Made by a program: the position numbers and the translations under genes. Below, one piece after another: positions 25,985 through 39,223 of a stretch of DNA of 64,000 bases. The DNA lies in NCBI GenBank assembly GCA_964016885.1, contig OZ024741.1, positions 222,518,001 through 222,582,000 on the forward strand, read 5' to 3'. The notes under the pieces are model-generated. The model did no database searches and was not told the DNA's origin. It saw nothing but the letters and a program-made list of their open reading frames with translations. The first letter of the stretch is position 1. The number at the start of each line of letters is the position of its first letter. This DNA is from Eledone cirrhosa (Eukaryota).

Positions 25985-26845
25985 ACGAATAAGAAAAATG
26001 TTATATGTAGAATAAATCCTCAAATGAATTGTAAAAGTAGAAATGTAGTCTATAGCATAAGATGTACAGAGGGTACTTGCAGAAACATGACAACAACATA
26101 CTTAGGAGAGACAGCTCAGAGCATTGGAGAGAGAATAGACGAATACTGGGGTGAACTAAAAGGACAAAAAGACGGTTCGGTACTATATGAACACCCCAGA
26201 CAAAGGCATGATGGTAATATAGACAACATAGAAATTAAAATAATATCTAAATATAGAAATGACTCAACAGGTAGACAAATTAGGGAAGCAACTGAAATAG
26301 AATTAAGTAAACCAAAGTTGAACAGAAAAATGAATTCAAAAACAACAACAACCATACACAAACACACAATACTGACCCAAGGGAAATATAAATAAGTAAA
26401 TATACACAGGTACAATAAAAGCAACCACACATAAACACACACTAGTGAACAAAGATAGAATACAAACACACATAGACGCAGACACGAACACACACACCAA
26501 ACAGAAAACACACACGCAAACGTATGCGCAAAAGAGACAGAGACAATAATAAATAAATAAATAAAAATGGCGTAGACATTACAATACAACGGAAGGAAAC
26601 TTAATAGCGCCAATGATTATGTCACAGGTGTGTGCTGAAAGAACTTTGATAGACTATATATATATATGTTTGCATCTATATTTTTAACCGTTGGTCAATC
26701 AATGATAAACATTGATTGCCAGATAAATTAACTATGGAGATATAAAAGATACAGAAGCGAAAACCAATCCAAACCAAACAGTGAGTGTGTTTTATTATTA
26801 TTTCTGGCAATGTTATAACGATATGACCCTACACAAATATAACAA
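25985..26845 (+). mobile_element. 5'-truncated PLE GIY-YIG fragment with 3' UTR
   Basis: ORF 26024-26395 reads NCKSRNVVYSIRC..YLGETAQS..RQIREA..LNRK. It is a diverged relative of 9524-9841. Confidence 0.8.
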
Positions 26846-26861
26846 TATATATATATATAAA

Positions 26862-27183
26862 GGGGAGGGTCATATTTGTGTAATATTGCCAGAATTAATA
26901 ACAGAACACACTCACTGTTTGGTTGGTTTTCGCTTTTCGCTTCTGTGTCTTTTATATCGGTAATCTAATTTATTCGGTCCCCAATGTTGCCATTGACTGA
27001 CCAACGGTCAAAAATAATACAGATACAATATAGACACAAACACATATATATAGTTTATCAAAGTTCTTTTGTTGCACATCTGCAACATCGTCAGTGGTGC
27101 TATTGTTTCCTCCCGTTACATTGTATGTCTACGCCATCTTTATTTAGTCTGTTTATATATTTATTTATTTATTTGTTTGTTTG

Positions 27184-27214
<31 letters not shown>

Positions 27215-27568
27215 ATATATAAACAGACTAAATAAAGATAGCGTAGACATACAATGTAACGGGAGGAAACAATAGCACCACTGACGATGTTGCAGATGTG
27301 CAACGAAAGAACTTTGATAAACTATATATATGTGTTTGTGTCTATATTGTATCTGTATTATTTTTGATCGTTGGTCAGTCAATGGCAACATTGAGGACCG
27401 AATAAATTAGATTACCGATATAAAAGACACAGAAGCGAAAAGCGAAAACCAACTAAACAGTGAGTGTGTTCTGTTATTAATTCTGGCAATATTACACAAA
27501 TATGACCCTCCCCAAGTATAACAATATTTGTTTCGACACACGATTTCATATAAAAAACCTCGCAAAAC

Positions 27569-27570
<2 letters not shown>
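26862..27570. mobile_element. Palindromic (divergent) PLE 3'-UTR pair
   Basis: Arms of about 320 bp inverted around 27183, related to 26560-26845. Confidence 0.8.
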
Positions 27571-27600
<30 letters not shown>

Positions 27601-27630
27601 CATAAATTATATATACATAATGTATACATA

Positions 27631-27654
<24 letters not shown>

Positions 27655-27661
<7 letters not shown>

Positions 27662-29465
27662 CACCTAAATCAGTTAATCTAACTAAACCTAAATATAATA
27701 AATTCACTAATAGTAACTCTCTTAGTAAACATCCTGATAGATCGTATAAATATAAAAAACAATATCGAAACAGTAGTAGACGGGTTACTTGGTATAATGC
27801 TCCATTTAATCTACAAATTAAAGATACTATCCCTAACATTTTTTTTACTATCCTAGAGAAAAACTTACCGCCAAACGATAAATACCATCAAATTTTTAAT
27901 AGATCAACTGTCAAATTTTCCTACTCCACTACCAAAAATATACAACAAAATATAAGTGCGTACAACGCATACAAATGTAAAAGAAAACACAAATATACCA
28001 CCAACACATCAAACCAACCATAATACTAAAATAAACCGCAACAAACCACCATCTCCTTCACCTATAATAAGTCGAGTAAATTCCACACCAAATTTGACTA
28101 ACTCCCCTGATATAGTATTCACGAATGGTTGTAACTGTAGAATCAAAAGAAATTGCCCATTAAAGGGAAATTGTCTTATTAATAACATAGTCTATAAATG
28201 TAAAATTAGCACTAAGGACTCCACTTATTCATATATAGGAGCTACGTCTAACCAATTTAAAGTAAGATTTAATACCCACAAACATAGTTTTTAAAATGCC
28301 GCATTAGCTAATACAACATCCTTGGCTGAAACAATTAATAATTATAGAAAGAAGAATAGCGATTACAAACTGACCTGGAGTGTGCTCAAAAGGGCCACCA
28401 CACCTTATCAAAATAACAGATACAAGTGTAGGTTATGCTCCCAGGAACTTTTTTAAATCATGAAATCTAAGGATATCCTATTAAATAAGCGACAGGAATT
28501 AATTATATCTTGCAATCATAGAATTAGAAGAACCTTCAAATATTACAAACCTACTTAATATACACCTTACACTTATATTTGACATATTATTATAATTAGT
28601 TTTTTAATTTAGTTAACCTATAATTAGTACTTTACTACAGAGAACTTCATAATATTATTTCCCTCTTACAGCTCTCTTTTCCTAAAATTAATACCTAAAA
28701 GTATACCTATAAATTAATTTAATTTCCTGTTATGAATCTAGATTCCTTGTAGTTTATATAAGATTGGTATTTCTCACTACTACCCTTATCCCAAAATTTT
28801 ACTCTACTTTCCTTCGTTTTTTAACAACACTCTTTAATAACATCTAATTCTTATTTATCACATTCATATGAATTAATATAAATTTATCCTTATAAGTATA
28901 CTTATCAATTAATTTAATTTCTTGTTATAGATCTAGATTCCTTGTGGTTTAAATAAGATTGGTATTTCTCACTAATACCCTTACCCTAAAATTTTATTTT
29001 CCTTCGATTTTAACATTATTCTTTAATAACATCAAATTTTCGTGTACCCTTCACTGGCTTGACCTCTTTTTATCTCCAAAGTATTCTTTTCATTCAAAGT
29101 ATTCTTTTCATTCAAAACATAAGTCTGCACTCCTCTACCCCTAAATTAAATTTCTACTACCACTATTCTATCAACTTGACAACTAACTACTTTTCTATTG
29201 GTCAATTCAAAACCTGTTCCTAAACAGACCTTTTATATTAAATCTTTGTTGTTTTTTTTCAATAAACAAATCTCATCATTTCTGAAGACAGCATCTATAT
29301 GTGAAGGTATGTATATTTCCTCTGATAATTTGTAATATTTTTACATAGATCTATATGATATACATACCAACACACATATACATCCTAGAAACGATCGTAA
29401 AATGATGAATTTTTTAATATAAGGAACTTGTTCTTTGTTTTTATTTCATTGTTTTTATTAATTTA
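27655..29465 (+). mobile_element. 5'-truncated PLE (thumb/linker and GIY-YIG with CNC..CPL.G.CL; Nematis-like, tentative) with a 3' HHR
   Basis: WYNAPFN..IFNRSTVKFSYS, GCNCRIKRNCPLKGNCLINNIVYKC..YIGATSNQFKVRFNTH, CRLC..LNKRQE..CNH. Frameshifts and stops are present. Confidence 0.85.
29273..29408 (+). ncRNA. Type I HHR with about 100-nt stem II in a PLE 3' pLTR
   Basis: TCATCATTT-CTGAAGA-...-GAAA-CGATCG-TA-AAATGATGA, with a 9-bp stem I and palindromic ACGATCGT. Confidence 0.8.
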
Positions 29466-29466
29466 T

Positions 29467-29515
<49 letters not shown>

Positions 29516-29737
29516 CACACACACATATATATATACAAATGTAAGTACAGCATATTCGAAGCTCGAGCCGCAGCTAAGCCGACGAATACATTCAGCAGTG
29601 CAGCCAAGCACTCGACAAGGTATAGACCTCAGAGTAATAACATACAGTTTAAAGGGCTTTGCAAATTGAAGATAGCGACCGCTAATTCAGCTGCGGGGTC
29701 CGTAGCAACGAAAGGACTGACTCGCGAGAAAAAATAC

Positions 29738-29789
<52 letters not shown>

Positions 29790-29790
<1 letters not shown>

Positions 29791-30364
29791 TATGTATACG
29801 CACATATATGTATACTGACGTACAGTAGTATGTATATATATACATACATGCACACATATATATATGTACGTAACAGCCGTACTAAGAGTGAGAAATGAAA
29901 TTTCGTTTCATTTTTTTCCATTTATCGTTTTCGGTGCGCCCGACCGATTGACTCACTCGATATGCAAATTAGGCTGCTCAGCCGTTAATATGCATAAGGA
30001 AGGTATATACTTTCAGACGTTCAATCATCTAGCAGGAAGGTATACGATGCTGACGATAACTAATAAGCTTGAAACTAGTACATCGTTCCTTTGTCAGTGT
30101 TGAACAAATGGGCAACGATGGTTGCTAAACACTGTACGGCTTAATTCGGGATGTTTGTTTACAAACAAACCGAGCATTATAATAAATGCTCGGTAAATCC
30201 ATACGTACATATATATATATATGTGTGCATGTATGTATATATATATATATACATACTACTGTACGTCTGTATACATATATGTATGTGCGTATACATACTT
30301 ATATTTAAGTAACAGCCGTACTAAGAGTGAGAAATGAAATTTCGTTTCATTTTTTTCCATTTAT
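29790..30364 (+). mobile_element. Family C retrozyme-like 1.1-mer (period about 439 bp) with a short inverted 5' piece
   Basis: AACAGCCGTACTAAGAG at 29872 and 30311. The copy ends in (TA)n. Confidence 0.8.
30029..30097 (+). ncRNA. Type I HHR (family C)
   Basis: ACGATG-CTGACGA-TAACT-aata-AGCTT-GAAA-CTAG-TA-CATCGT, with one stem II mismatch. Confidence 0.75.
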
Positions 30365-31159
30365 ATATATATATTATATATATATATATATAACAAACCT
30401 GGACCATCACTTCGAAATTTTTTCAATATCCCAGTTAGGTTTCTGTAAATCCGAAATCAACAAAATCCGCTTGCAGTGTATGCAAGTTAAGTTTCTGGAA
30501 GATCGAACAGTGGATTTACTTTCTCAACAGGCTTTCGTTCTGACACCAGCCCGGTTGTGATGGCACATGTTACTCCAAAGGGAGCTAACCCCGATTTATG
30601 GCGGTCAAATTCAATATATATACACACACATTATATATATATATGTGCGTGTGTGTGTGTGTGTGTGTGTGCGTGCGTGCGTGCGTGAGTGCGTGAGTGC
30701 GTGTATTCGTGGGTGAATAATAATAATATTATAATAATATAATATTATTAATATTCGGTTTGTTTGCCAAATAAACAGCATGTGTTAGATGACTAACTGA
30801 GAGAAAACAATCGACAATTGTTTCGAAGTGTTTGCTACTTATGAAGATTGTGTATTCTCGTCTTTATGCATATAGATATATTCATCAGTGATGATTCCTA
30901 TTTCTTGAGCCAAAGCATGCACAAATCAAAATCGTATGATTGAAGAAGAGTGCCTCTAATACGTATGTAACCCTGCTCAAGCTGTCTCTCATAAAAATGG
31001 AAAACTTTTATTATAATCAGATACATTATTTGCATTCTGTATTATAAGGATAAAGGATAAAGATCCCATAACTCCTTGTGGAGTTGTAGAGGGACCGTCA
31101 TACGGCCTGTCTAGGGCACTTTTAAACCCAACCCTCTCCAGGTCTGAGCACAGCCAATT

Positions 31160-31312
31160 TTTTCTATGGAGGAAGAATCGACCCCAGTACTGGACTGGTA
31201 CTTTTTTTTATCGACCTCGAAAAGATGAACGGCAAAGTTGACCACGGCGGGATTTGAACTCAGAGCGCGCAATGAGGTGGGACAAATGCAGTAAAGCATT
31301 CTATCCGACGTC
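31160..31312 (-). mobile_element. tRNA-derived SINE with Meta-like domain
   Basis: Minus strand: B-box GAGTTCAAATCCC followed by CTTTGCCGTTCATC..GGTCGATAAA..AGTACCAG. Confidence 0.7.
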
Positions 31313-32496
31313 TTGTATTCAGTATTGTATCTTGGTGCATAATTACAGCATTTTGCATTACTTTGTGATGTTTTAATTCCAACTTAAATCGGAATAAAAT
31401 ATAAGTTTACATTTTTAAAAAAACTGCAAAATAATTTACTTGAAGTGTAACCTCTGCTTTATGAGATTTTTGGCAATATTGTTTCTTGACAAGGGTATAA
31501 AAACATTCTCTCATCTCCATTATTTTGTTACCCTTTCCTTACTTTGGGAATTGTATAGGTAAGGTTTTGGTCTTTGAAGCGCAGAAAAAATTCGCTCAAC
31601 AAGCGAATTTGAAATAACGTTACGACAAAATGTATTATCCTATGTATTCGTAGAAATGTTTATACATCATTTTATTAAAAAAATTTAAGTAGCTCTTCAA
31701 GTTTTGGTGAAACAATTTGTAAGAAAACAAAACGGTTAATTCAGACCTGAAACGAATAAGATTAAAAAGTGAACTATAGTTATTTATTACGTAAAGGTTT
31801 TATTATTTAAAAGCTGAAAAAATGCTACATACTTCATGGATTTAAATCACTCTTTCATCTGAACAACAATATTATGAAATATTTCAGAGAAAAGTTTTCA
31901 ATAATGTCCTTGAAGTGAAAGATTTATTCATTTTTTAGAGGATAGGAAGCAAAATTTGTCTTTCCACCAAACTCTAAATATCATCAAATTTCGCTTATCT
32001 CGTTTCTTGAATTTTGGTGAGAGTTCTTTCAATAATAAATACGGCAAAAAATGATATCCATAGATTTCGTTTGCAATACCTTAAAATTATGTTCAGTAAA
32101 TGAAAAATACTTTAAATAAATTCGAATGTTTCCTAAAAAAAAATCATCTTGCATCATCTTTCATCATATCATGGAAATGTTTGGGATTTTTTTAGAATAG
32201 CATGAAAATAATTATTTGTTCTTTTCTTCTTTGATAGTTTCAACAAATCGAGATGAACAGTTGTATCGCATTGAAGTAAGCTTTAGGAAGCGTTTTCCCA
32301 CAGCAGCATCGTGCAATGAAATTAGTTTCGTGGAGCTGATAAAAGAAAATGGCGATATACTAAAATGAAACTTATAAGGATATCAGTTCATAAAATCTCT
32401 GGTTCATAATCTCTCTCTCTCTTCCTCTTTCTCTCTCTCTCTCTCTCACTCTCTCTCTCTCTCTCTCTCTCTCACTCACTCTCTCTCTCTCACTCA

Positions 32497-32533
<37 letters not shown>

Positions 32534-32759
32534 ACTCTCATTTTTGCCTTAACATCATTAAGTTTGCTCGCCATGAAAGCAGCACTATAATATGTTTGAA
32601 CAACTATTAAAAAAGCAGCCTTGCTCCTCTATATTCTATATAGCTTAATCTGAAAGTTCAAGATGGCGTATTCATCATCTAACTTTTCTGACAGAGGCAC
32701 AACTAACACCGAAAGATGACGCATATGCTCTTGCCTCTCCAATACTCTTAAAAACCACA

Positions 32760-33310
32760 GGAGAGTGCATGAAGACCAAACACGCCAAACTGACGAAGAT
32801 GATGGAACGATTGCGCCTCGTTAAGGCCCACCTGGCGCTCTTACTTCTAAGGAACTGGTTCACCCTCCCCAAGCTCTTCTTCGCGCTGCGCGGTGTGCCT
32901 TGTCACCTTCACACAAATCCCCTTGTCGAACTCGAAACTACCATCCAACGCAGTCCTGAACACACCTGAAATGTTAGTTTCGACAGAGTCGGCTGGCAGC
33001 AGGCGAGACCTGCCGTGAAATTCGGTGGCTTCTATCTCCGAGCTGCTAGCCTACCTATCCTAAACACTACCTATCCTAAATCATCTCCAGTCGCACGCTC
33101 ATCAGCAAGGTCCTTCGCAAGCCAACAAAAGCAGATGTGAAGTCGGTTCTGATCGATTGGATTGATGAAGGCCTCGTCGTTCTCAAGTATGTACATGTCT
33201 ATCGTGACCAGACAGCATCAAGTGCAGGTCAACCTTCAGACTAACACCGTCTCATCTGCCCCCGTTCTGCTTTGCAGCAAAACAACGGAGCGTGGCTAAA
33301 TTCGGTACCC
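32760..33310 (+). mobile_element. Decayed CRE-clade non-LTR retrotransposon fragment (post-RT region)
   Basis: LLLRNWFTLPKLFFALR..P ... WQQARPAVKFGG ... GAWL. GC-richer than the flanks. Confidence 0.65.
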
Positions 33311-34170
33311 CCCTCATCAATTGTAGAATTGGTAGAGCGTCGGATAAAATGCCATTACGGTATTTGTTCTATCTTTTTAAATTCTGTGTTCAAATCCTGT
33401 TCCAGAGTAGAAAAAAAAAATATTATTCAAGTACTGAATTTGAATGAATAAACTTTACCTATAATCTATATATGCTAGCTTTGTGTTGTAAATAAAAATA
33501 AATTCTGTCCAGTAATCATCAGCCGATAGTTTGTGGTAATTAGTTGATGACAAACGTGTAAAAACATTTGCAGGCTTTTAAATGATTTTGCAAGTATTCA
33601 TCAAATTTAGTAGCACCGAAGTTTAATTTAGTATAGATACCCCACGTAAACGTCAATCTTTGCATTTTTCCATAAAGCTTGTTATTTCTAAACAGCCTTT
33701 TAAATATATATCTGTTTTTCAAAACCTTTTCATTTCATTAGCTAATATCAAGTGATTTCTGCTTGTCAAATTCACCATATTGAAGGAGTTTCTCCGATGA
33801 AAAACAATTTATGTATGTATGTATGTATGTATGTATGTATGTATGTATGTATGTATGTATGTATGTATGTATGTATGTATGTATGTATGTATGTATGTAT
33901 GTATGTATGCATGTATGTATGTATGTATGTATGCATGTTCTTCTGGTTTTATAATTTCACAAATGTTTTCCAATAGAGAGAGAGTTGGTTTCTAACATAG
34001 ATACAAGACTCTCTCATTGGAATTTACACCACATCAACTAGGTAGATATATATGCATGTCTGCATGCATATGTGTGCAGGTATGGATGTTATTGTATGTG
34101 TGGAGGTGTGTATTTTGAGTTACATCTTTGCATGTGCATATGCTTTGTATCTGTACATGTGTATATGCAG

Positions 34171-34398
34171 TTATTCGATGCAGAACCTTTGGAATGTTTT
34201 ACATATTTTTACTATTCCATTAATGGATTGTACTTGTAATTTCCTAACTAGTTGTGTTCTTTCTGTTCCTGTGAAGCCTATCTTCTCAAGATTTGTACTG
34301 AGGCAGTTACTAACATATCCCAGTGCCCCAATAATCACAGGCATAAATCTGAAGGTGTAATCAGGGTGGAGTATCTGCAGAGTTCTCATTAGTTCTGC
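34171..34398 (-). mobile_element. 3' end of an RLE-type (R4-like) LINE
   Basis: FRFMPVIIGALG..RKLQVQSINGIVKI, homologous to 61735-61980. Confidence 0.7.
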
Positions 34399-34429
<31 letters not shown>

Positions 34430-34464
34430 TGTATGTATGTATGTATGTATGTATGTATGTATGT

Positions 34465-35455
34465 ATGAAAGGGCGAAAGAACTCATAAGAGTCTACGGCC
34501 ATCCAAAAGTGTGTAAATATGTATATACACATGTACATATGTATGTATATGCGTGGGGACATAGAAATAGTCGGGCTGGACACCCGATCGCGAGGTTAAA
34601 CCACTGGGAGTGAAGGAGCCTAGCCTTTGTCAGGGCATTCTTCTAGGAGAAGGCAACTCAGGAAACTGGGATAACTCCGATATAAAACCTGCGGCTCGGT
34701 AGTTACCGATGATGTTGATCTTTTCTTCTTTTCGGGTTATAGCTACTGTCGCTCAGAGAGTGGGATTGGCTCAGTGCACAGTCTTTCCTCACTTTAAAAA
34801 ATATCTTCACGCACAGGGATTGCACGATGGAATTAATTAATAATTACTAATAATGGTATATCGTGCAATGGCCATACTCGATAACGAGGGGGCAGCCATC
34901 ATGTATGTATGTATTATGTATGTATGTATGTATGTATGTATGTATGTATGTATGTATGTATGTATGTATGTATGTATGTTTGTATGTATGTATGTATCAA
35001 AGGCCAAAGGAGCTCTTAAGAGTCAATGGCCATCCAAAATTACCAGGAGAGATGACCCCTTAGCTTTTGTCAAGGCAGAATTCTAGGAGAAGGAAAACTC
35101 TGATATAACACCTGCAACCCTGATGGTATCCAATGATGTTGACTTGTTCTTCTTTTTGGTAAATATCATCTTGGTTAAGAGAGTGGGACTGGCTTTGTGC
35201 AGTGCCTTTGCTCACTATAAAAGCTTCACGGCACAGGCATTGCTTTATATCTGGAGATCTCTCTACACTTGTCGTCATATGGTAACATGAGCCCAGCACT
35301 ATGTGTCAATAATTGTCACAAGTGTAGTGTTTGTACCAGAGTTTTCAAGTCGCTGGCTGGACTAAAACGTCACACTCGTTCAGCGTATCGGTAGGGGTTC
35401 TCTTACATGGATATAAAGTAGTGGCCGTACTCGAAAACGAGTTGGCAGCCACCAT
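34465..35455 (+). mobile_element. Two tandem non-autonomous RTE-related elements with (ATGT)n tails
   Basis: Both have AAGAGTC..GGCCATCCAAAA and CTAGGAGAAGG.AACTC, and end GGCAGCCA(T/C)C-(ATGT)n. A third copy is at 42148-42850 (minus). Confidence 0.65.
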
Positions 35456-35689
35456 GTATGTATGTATGTATGTATGTATGTATGTATGTATGTATGTATG
35501 TATGTATGTATGTATGTATGTATGTATGTATGTATGTGTGTATGTATGTATATAGGATTTTCGCTGATTCCTTGATGATGGCATCGTTGTATTAGAACTT
35601 CAGAAGAACACTATATGAAGTTGGCAGACCAGACACTTCGCGCTAAAGATCATAGAACAGCTCTGAGTCACTTGCATTGGAAACTCTTT

Positions 35690-36672
35690 GGACTTCTGAA
35701 GAGATATTTTATCTTAAAACCAGCCTGACGGAAACTAAAGTTATAAAATATATCAACGCCTTGCGAAAGCTTTTGTAGCTTTTGGAAAACTCGAAAAGAG
35801 AGTGGATCGTGGTATTACTAACAAAACCAAGATTTGTGTTTGCAAGGCTTGCTTACTAAGTGCTTTTTTGTGCTCTTTCGAAACGTGGATAGTACAACGA
35901 AGGTATCTGAGGTTGCTTGAAAGCTTTAATCAAAAGTGCTTATAGATGCTGGAGGCACAAGCATTGAATCTGTCATCATATCCTTTCAAATGCGTTGGGC
36001 AGGCTATGCTGTAGGCATGAAAGATGATGGAAACCCAAAGCAACTACTTTACAGTCAGTTGCACACCGGGAAATGCCCTCAGCACAAACCAAGAAAAAGA
36101 TACAAGGATTGCATACAAAGCAAACTTAAAGATCTACAGATTGATATTTAGCACTGGGAAGTTCTAGCTTTAGAGTCGGCTGAATGGCGGATGCATGTGA
36201 GGAAAGGCTGCACAATGTTTGAAGAGAGGCGTCTTGAAAATAAAAGGCTTAAGCGTCGGTTCCGTATGGGCCATAATATGAACCTCAATGAGAACATAGG
36301 GAACATGAGACGTGAAAGATGTGATCGTGTACTACCCTCTAAATCTGGTTGTCACTCATTTAAAATCACATAAAAGACCAACTGTAAGCAACATTTCCCC
36401 CCCCCCCCCCCCAGGTGAGACAACCTGTGTAGTGTGCAGAAAAATCTGCAAATCAATTTCTGGTACAAAAAGGCATATGAGAGTACATAAGGCTGGCATC
36501 CCACAAACTAACCCAATCACTCCAGTGGAGGGCACATCTTTTGTCTGTCATCTTTTGTGCAGGTCTGTAGCTGGATTGAACAACCATTTCAGAGGTCACG
36601 AACGGAAGGTTAGTAGAGGTGATGATGGTATGGGGGTATATAAGGCGACGGCCATCGAATGCAGTGGCGTTA
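35690..36672 (+). mobile_element. RTE-clade LINE 3' fragment with C2H2-like zinc fingers
   Basis: TKICVCKA..ETW, MRWAG..PKQLLYSQL..G..RKRYKD, CVVCRKICKSISGTKRHMRVH. Confidence 0.85.
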
Positions 36673-36771
36673 TATGTATGCATGTAAGTATGTATGTGTG
36701 CGTGTGTTTACAGAATTTTTTTATTTCAATCTCATATATAGTATACACACACACACACATGTATATATATT

Positions 36772-37330
36772 ATCCCAGTGCATTACTGGTACTTTATTTC
36801 ATCGACCCCGTAAGGATGAAAGGCAAAGTTAACCTCGGCGGGATTTGAACTCAGACCATAAAGGACTGTAATTCTTTGCTGCAAGGCATGGCGTCCGACC
36901 CTCTACCGATACTGCCAATCCACCATTGTTAATAATTGTTTCTACTTTAGGCAGAAGGCCAGCAATTACCCAGTGCATTACTGGTACTTTATTTTATCGA
37001 CCCCGTAAGGATGAAAGGCAAAGTCAACCTCGGCGGGATTTGAACTCAGATCGTAAAGGGACGTAACTATGCTGGAAAGCATGGCGTCTGACCCTCTACC
37101 GATACTGCCAATCCACCGCCCTTTGTTAATAATTGTTTCTACTTTAGGCACAAGGCCAGCAAATACCCAGTTCATTACTGGTACTTTATTTTATCGACCC
37201 CGTAAGGATGAAAGGCAAAGTCAACCTCGGCGGGATTTGAACTCAGATCGTAAAGGGACGTAACTATGCTGGAAAGCATGGCGTCTGACCCTCTACCGAT
37301 ACTGCCAATCCACCGCCCTTTGTTAATAAT
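36772..37330 (-). mobile_element. Three head-to-tail Meta-like tRNA SINEs (period about 195 bp)
   Basis: CCCAGT.CATTACTGGTAC recurs at about 36774, 36968 and 37167. B-box GAGTTCAAATCCC is on the minus strand. Confidence 0.8.
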
Positions 37331-37369
37331 GAAACAAAATTACACAGTTATCGAAACAAAATTACACAT

Positions 37370-37632
37370 TTATATTAGCTTCACGCTTGGGGGAAGTGCA
37401 GGAGGATTCGACGTTTCAGACAGACTTCAGAGCAACTGTCTCTGCCGAAAATTATAGAGCCTGGATTCTTATAGAATTCCAGTAATAATCAGGAACTGAT
37501 TATACAGAGCGGTTGCCTGTCCAGCAAAAATTAAAAGTTAGGATTGGTGCCCTGAAATAGCGATGTATAAATGAATGGCAATATACCGTATGTTTAATTA
37601 AAAACATTTTGAAGACCTTGCGCTATCATTTT
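37370..37632 (-). mobile_element. Diverged relative of the 310-bp unit with a decayed HHR; further pieces at 38040-38150 (plus) and 38183-38242 (minus)
   Basis: Shares CTTATAGAAT, CAGGAACTG, AGAGCGGTTGCC, CTGAAATAGCGAT and AACATTTTGAAGACCT with the 310-bp unit. Confidence 0.75.
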
Positions 37633-37679
37633 AATCCAGCCTCTATAATTTTAGGCAGAGACATTGCTCTCAGGAACAC

Positions 37680-37845
37680 CAAGACTTCTGGTGTCCTCGA
37701 CCCTAGGGCTACCTCCCTACTCACCACCAGAGGCGCTGAGCTGGCCAGCCGCAGGTGTGAACGCCGCGAGCTGGAGTGGCTTTTCCAGCGCGTCTCCCTT
37801 GTCATCCTCCGGGGAAACGCCTTCTCCATCCTGTCCGCCGGGGCT
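37680..37845 (+). mobile_element. CRE-clade LINE C-terminal RLE fragment
   Basis: WLFQRVSLVILRGNAFSIL. Confidence 0.75.
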
Positions 37846-38146
37846 GTGTGTGTGTGGTGCTGGTGGTGGGGGGGGAGCATCGCGTATCATTCCATATTTA
37901 AGTATGACCACTATCATATATTTTAGGTGGTATCTTCTGTAAGTTGCTGCTGTTGTTGCTTCTGCTGTTGTTGCTTCTGCTGTTGTTGCTTCTGCTGTTG
38001 TTGCTTCTGCTGTTGCTGTAATCAAAAGTCTCTACCATAAAATGATAGCGCAAGGTCTTCAAAATGTTTTTGAATTAAACATACGGTATATTACCAAATA
38101 TACTATACATACATTCATATATACATCGCTATTTCAGAGACCAAGC

Positions 38147-38186
<40 letters not shown>

Positions 38187-38239
38187 GCTTGGTCTCTGAA
38201 ATAGCGATGTATATATGAATGTATGTATAGTATATTTGG

Positions 38240-38309
<70 letters not shown>

Positions 38310-38629
38310 TATATAATATATATATATTAAAATAACAGATAAAAGTGTAAGCAAAGAATCGCTGCTTTCACCCTTAATGGGATCGTCTAAAGCTAAACAT
38401 TTTTTTTTAGTTTCAGAAGATCCCGTTAAGGGTGAAAGCAGCGATTCTTTGCTTAAACTTTAATCTGTTATTTTAATAAATATTTGATCTACGGTTTTTT
38501 TATATATTTTTATACATATTATCCTTATCGAGCCCTCTTCGGATTTTAGTCTTCAGATTTATTATTATTACTATATATGTCGCCTTAGCTGCAACTCAAG
38601 CTTCGAATATGCTGTACTTTCATTTGTAT

Positions 38630-39216
38630 ATATTTCGGTAAACCCATACGTACATATATATATGTGTGCATGTATGTATATACATACTACTGTACGTCTG
38701 TATACATATATGTATGTACGTATACATATTTACATTTAAGTATCAGCTGTACTAAGAGTGAGAAATGAAAATTCATTTTTACCATTTATCGTTTTTGGTA
38801 CGCCTGGCCGACTAACTCACTCGATATGTAAATTAGGCTGCTCAGCCGTTAATATGCATCAGGAATATATATACTTTCAAACGTTCAATCAACTGACAGG
38901 AAGGTATACGGTGCTGATGACAGCTAATAAGCTAGAAACTACTTCATCGTTCCTTTGTCAGTGTTGAACAAAATGGCAACGATGGTTGCCGAACACTGTA
39001 CGGCTAATAATTCGGGCTGTTTGTTTACAAACAAACCGAGCATTATAATAAATGTTCGGTAAACCCATACTTACATATATATATGTGTGCATGTATGTAT
39101 GGATATACATACTACTGTACGTCTGTATAGATATATGTATTACGTATACATACATTTATGTATCAGCCGTACTACGAGTGAGAAAGGAAATTTCACTTTT
39201 TCCATATTTTTTCCAT
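38630..39216 (+). mobile_element. Family C 1.4-mer (period about 421 bp) with a partly decayed HHR at 38893-38961
   Basis: TTCGGTAAACCCATAC at 38634 and 39055. HHR reads ACGGTG-CTGATGA-CAGCT-aata-AGCTA-GAAACTACTT-CATCGT. Confidence 0.8.
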
Positions 39217-39223
39217 ATATATA

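Noticed and set aside
30720-32730. Host gene exon or promoter in non-repetitive stretches (also CCGGAAGT motifs at about 48733 and 61368)
   Set aside because: No supportable ORF or splice pattern. Short motifs alone are not sufficient evidence.
38405-38455. HHR-like CAGAAGA-TCCC..GGGT-GAAAGCAGCGA (related sequence at about 17595-17640)
   Set aside because: U4 and U16.1 are missing and stem I does not close. At most it is a relic.
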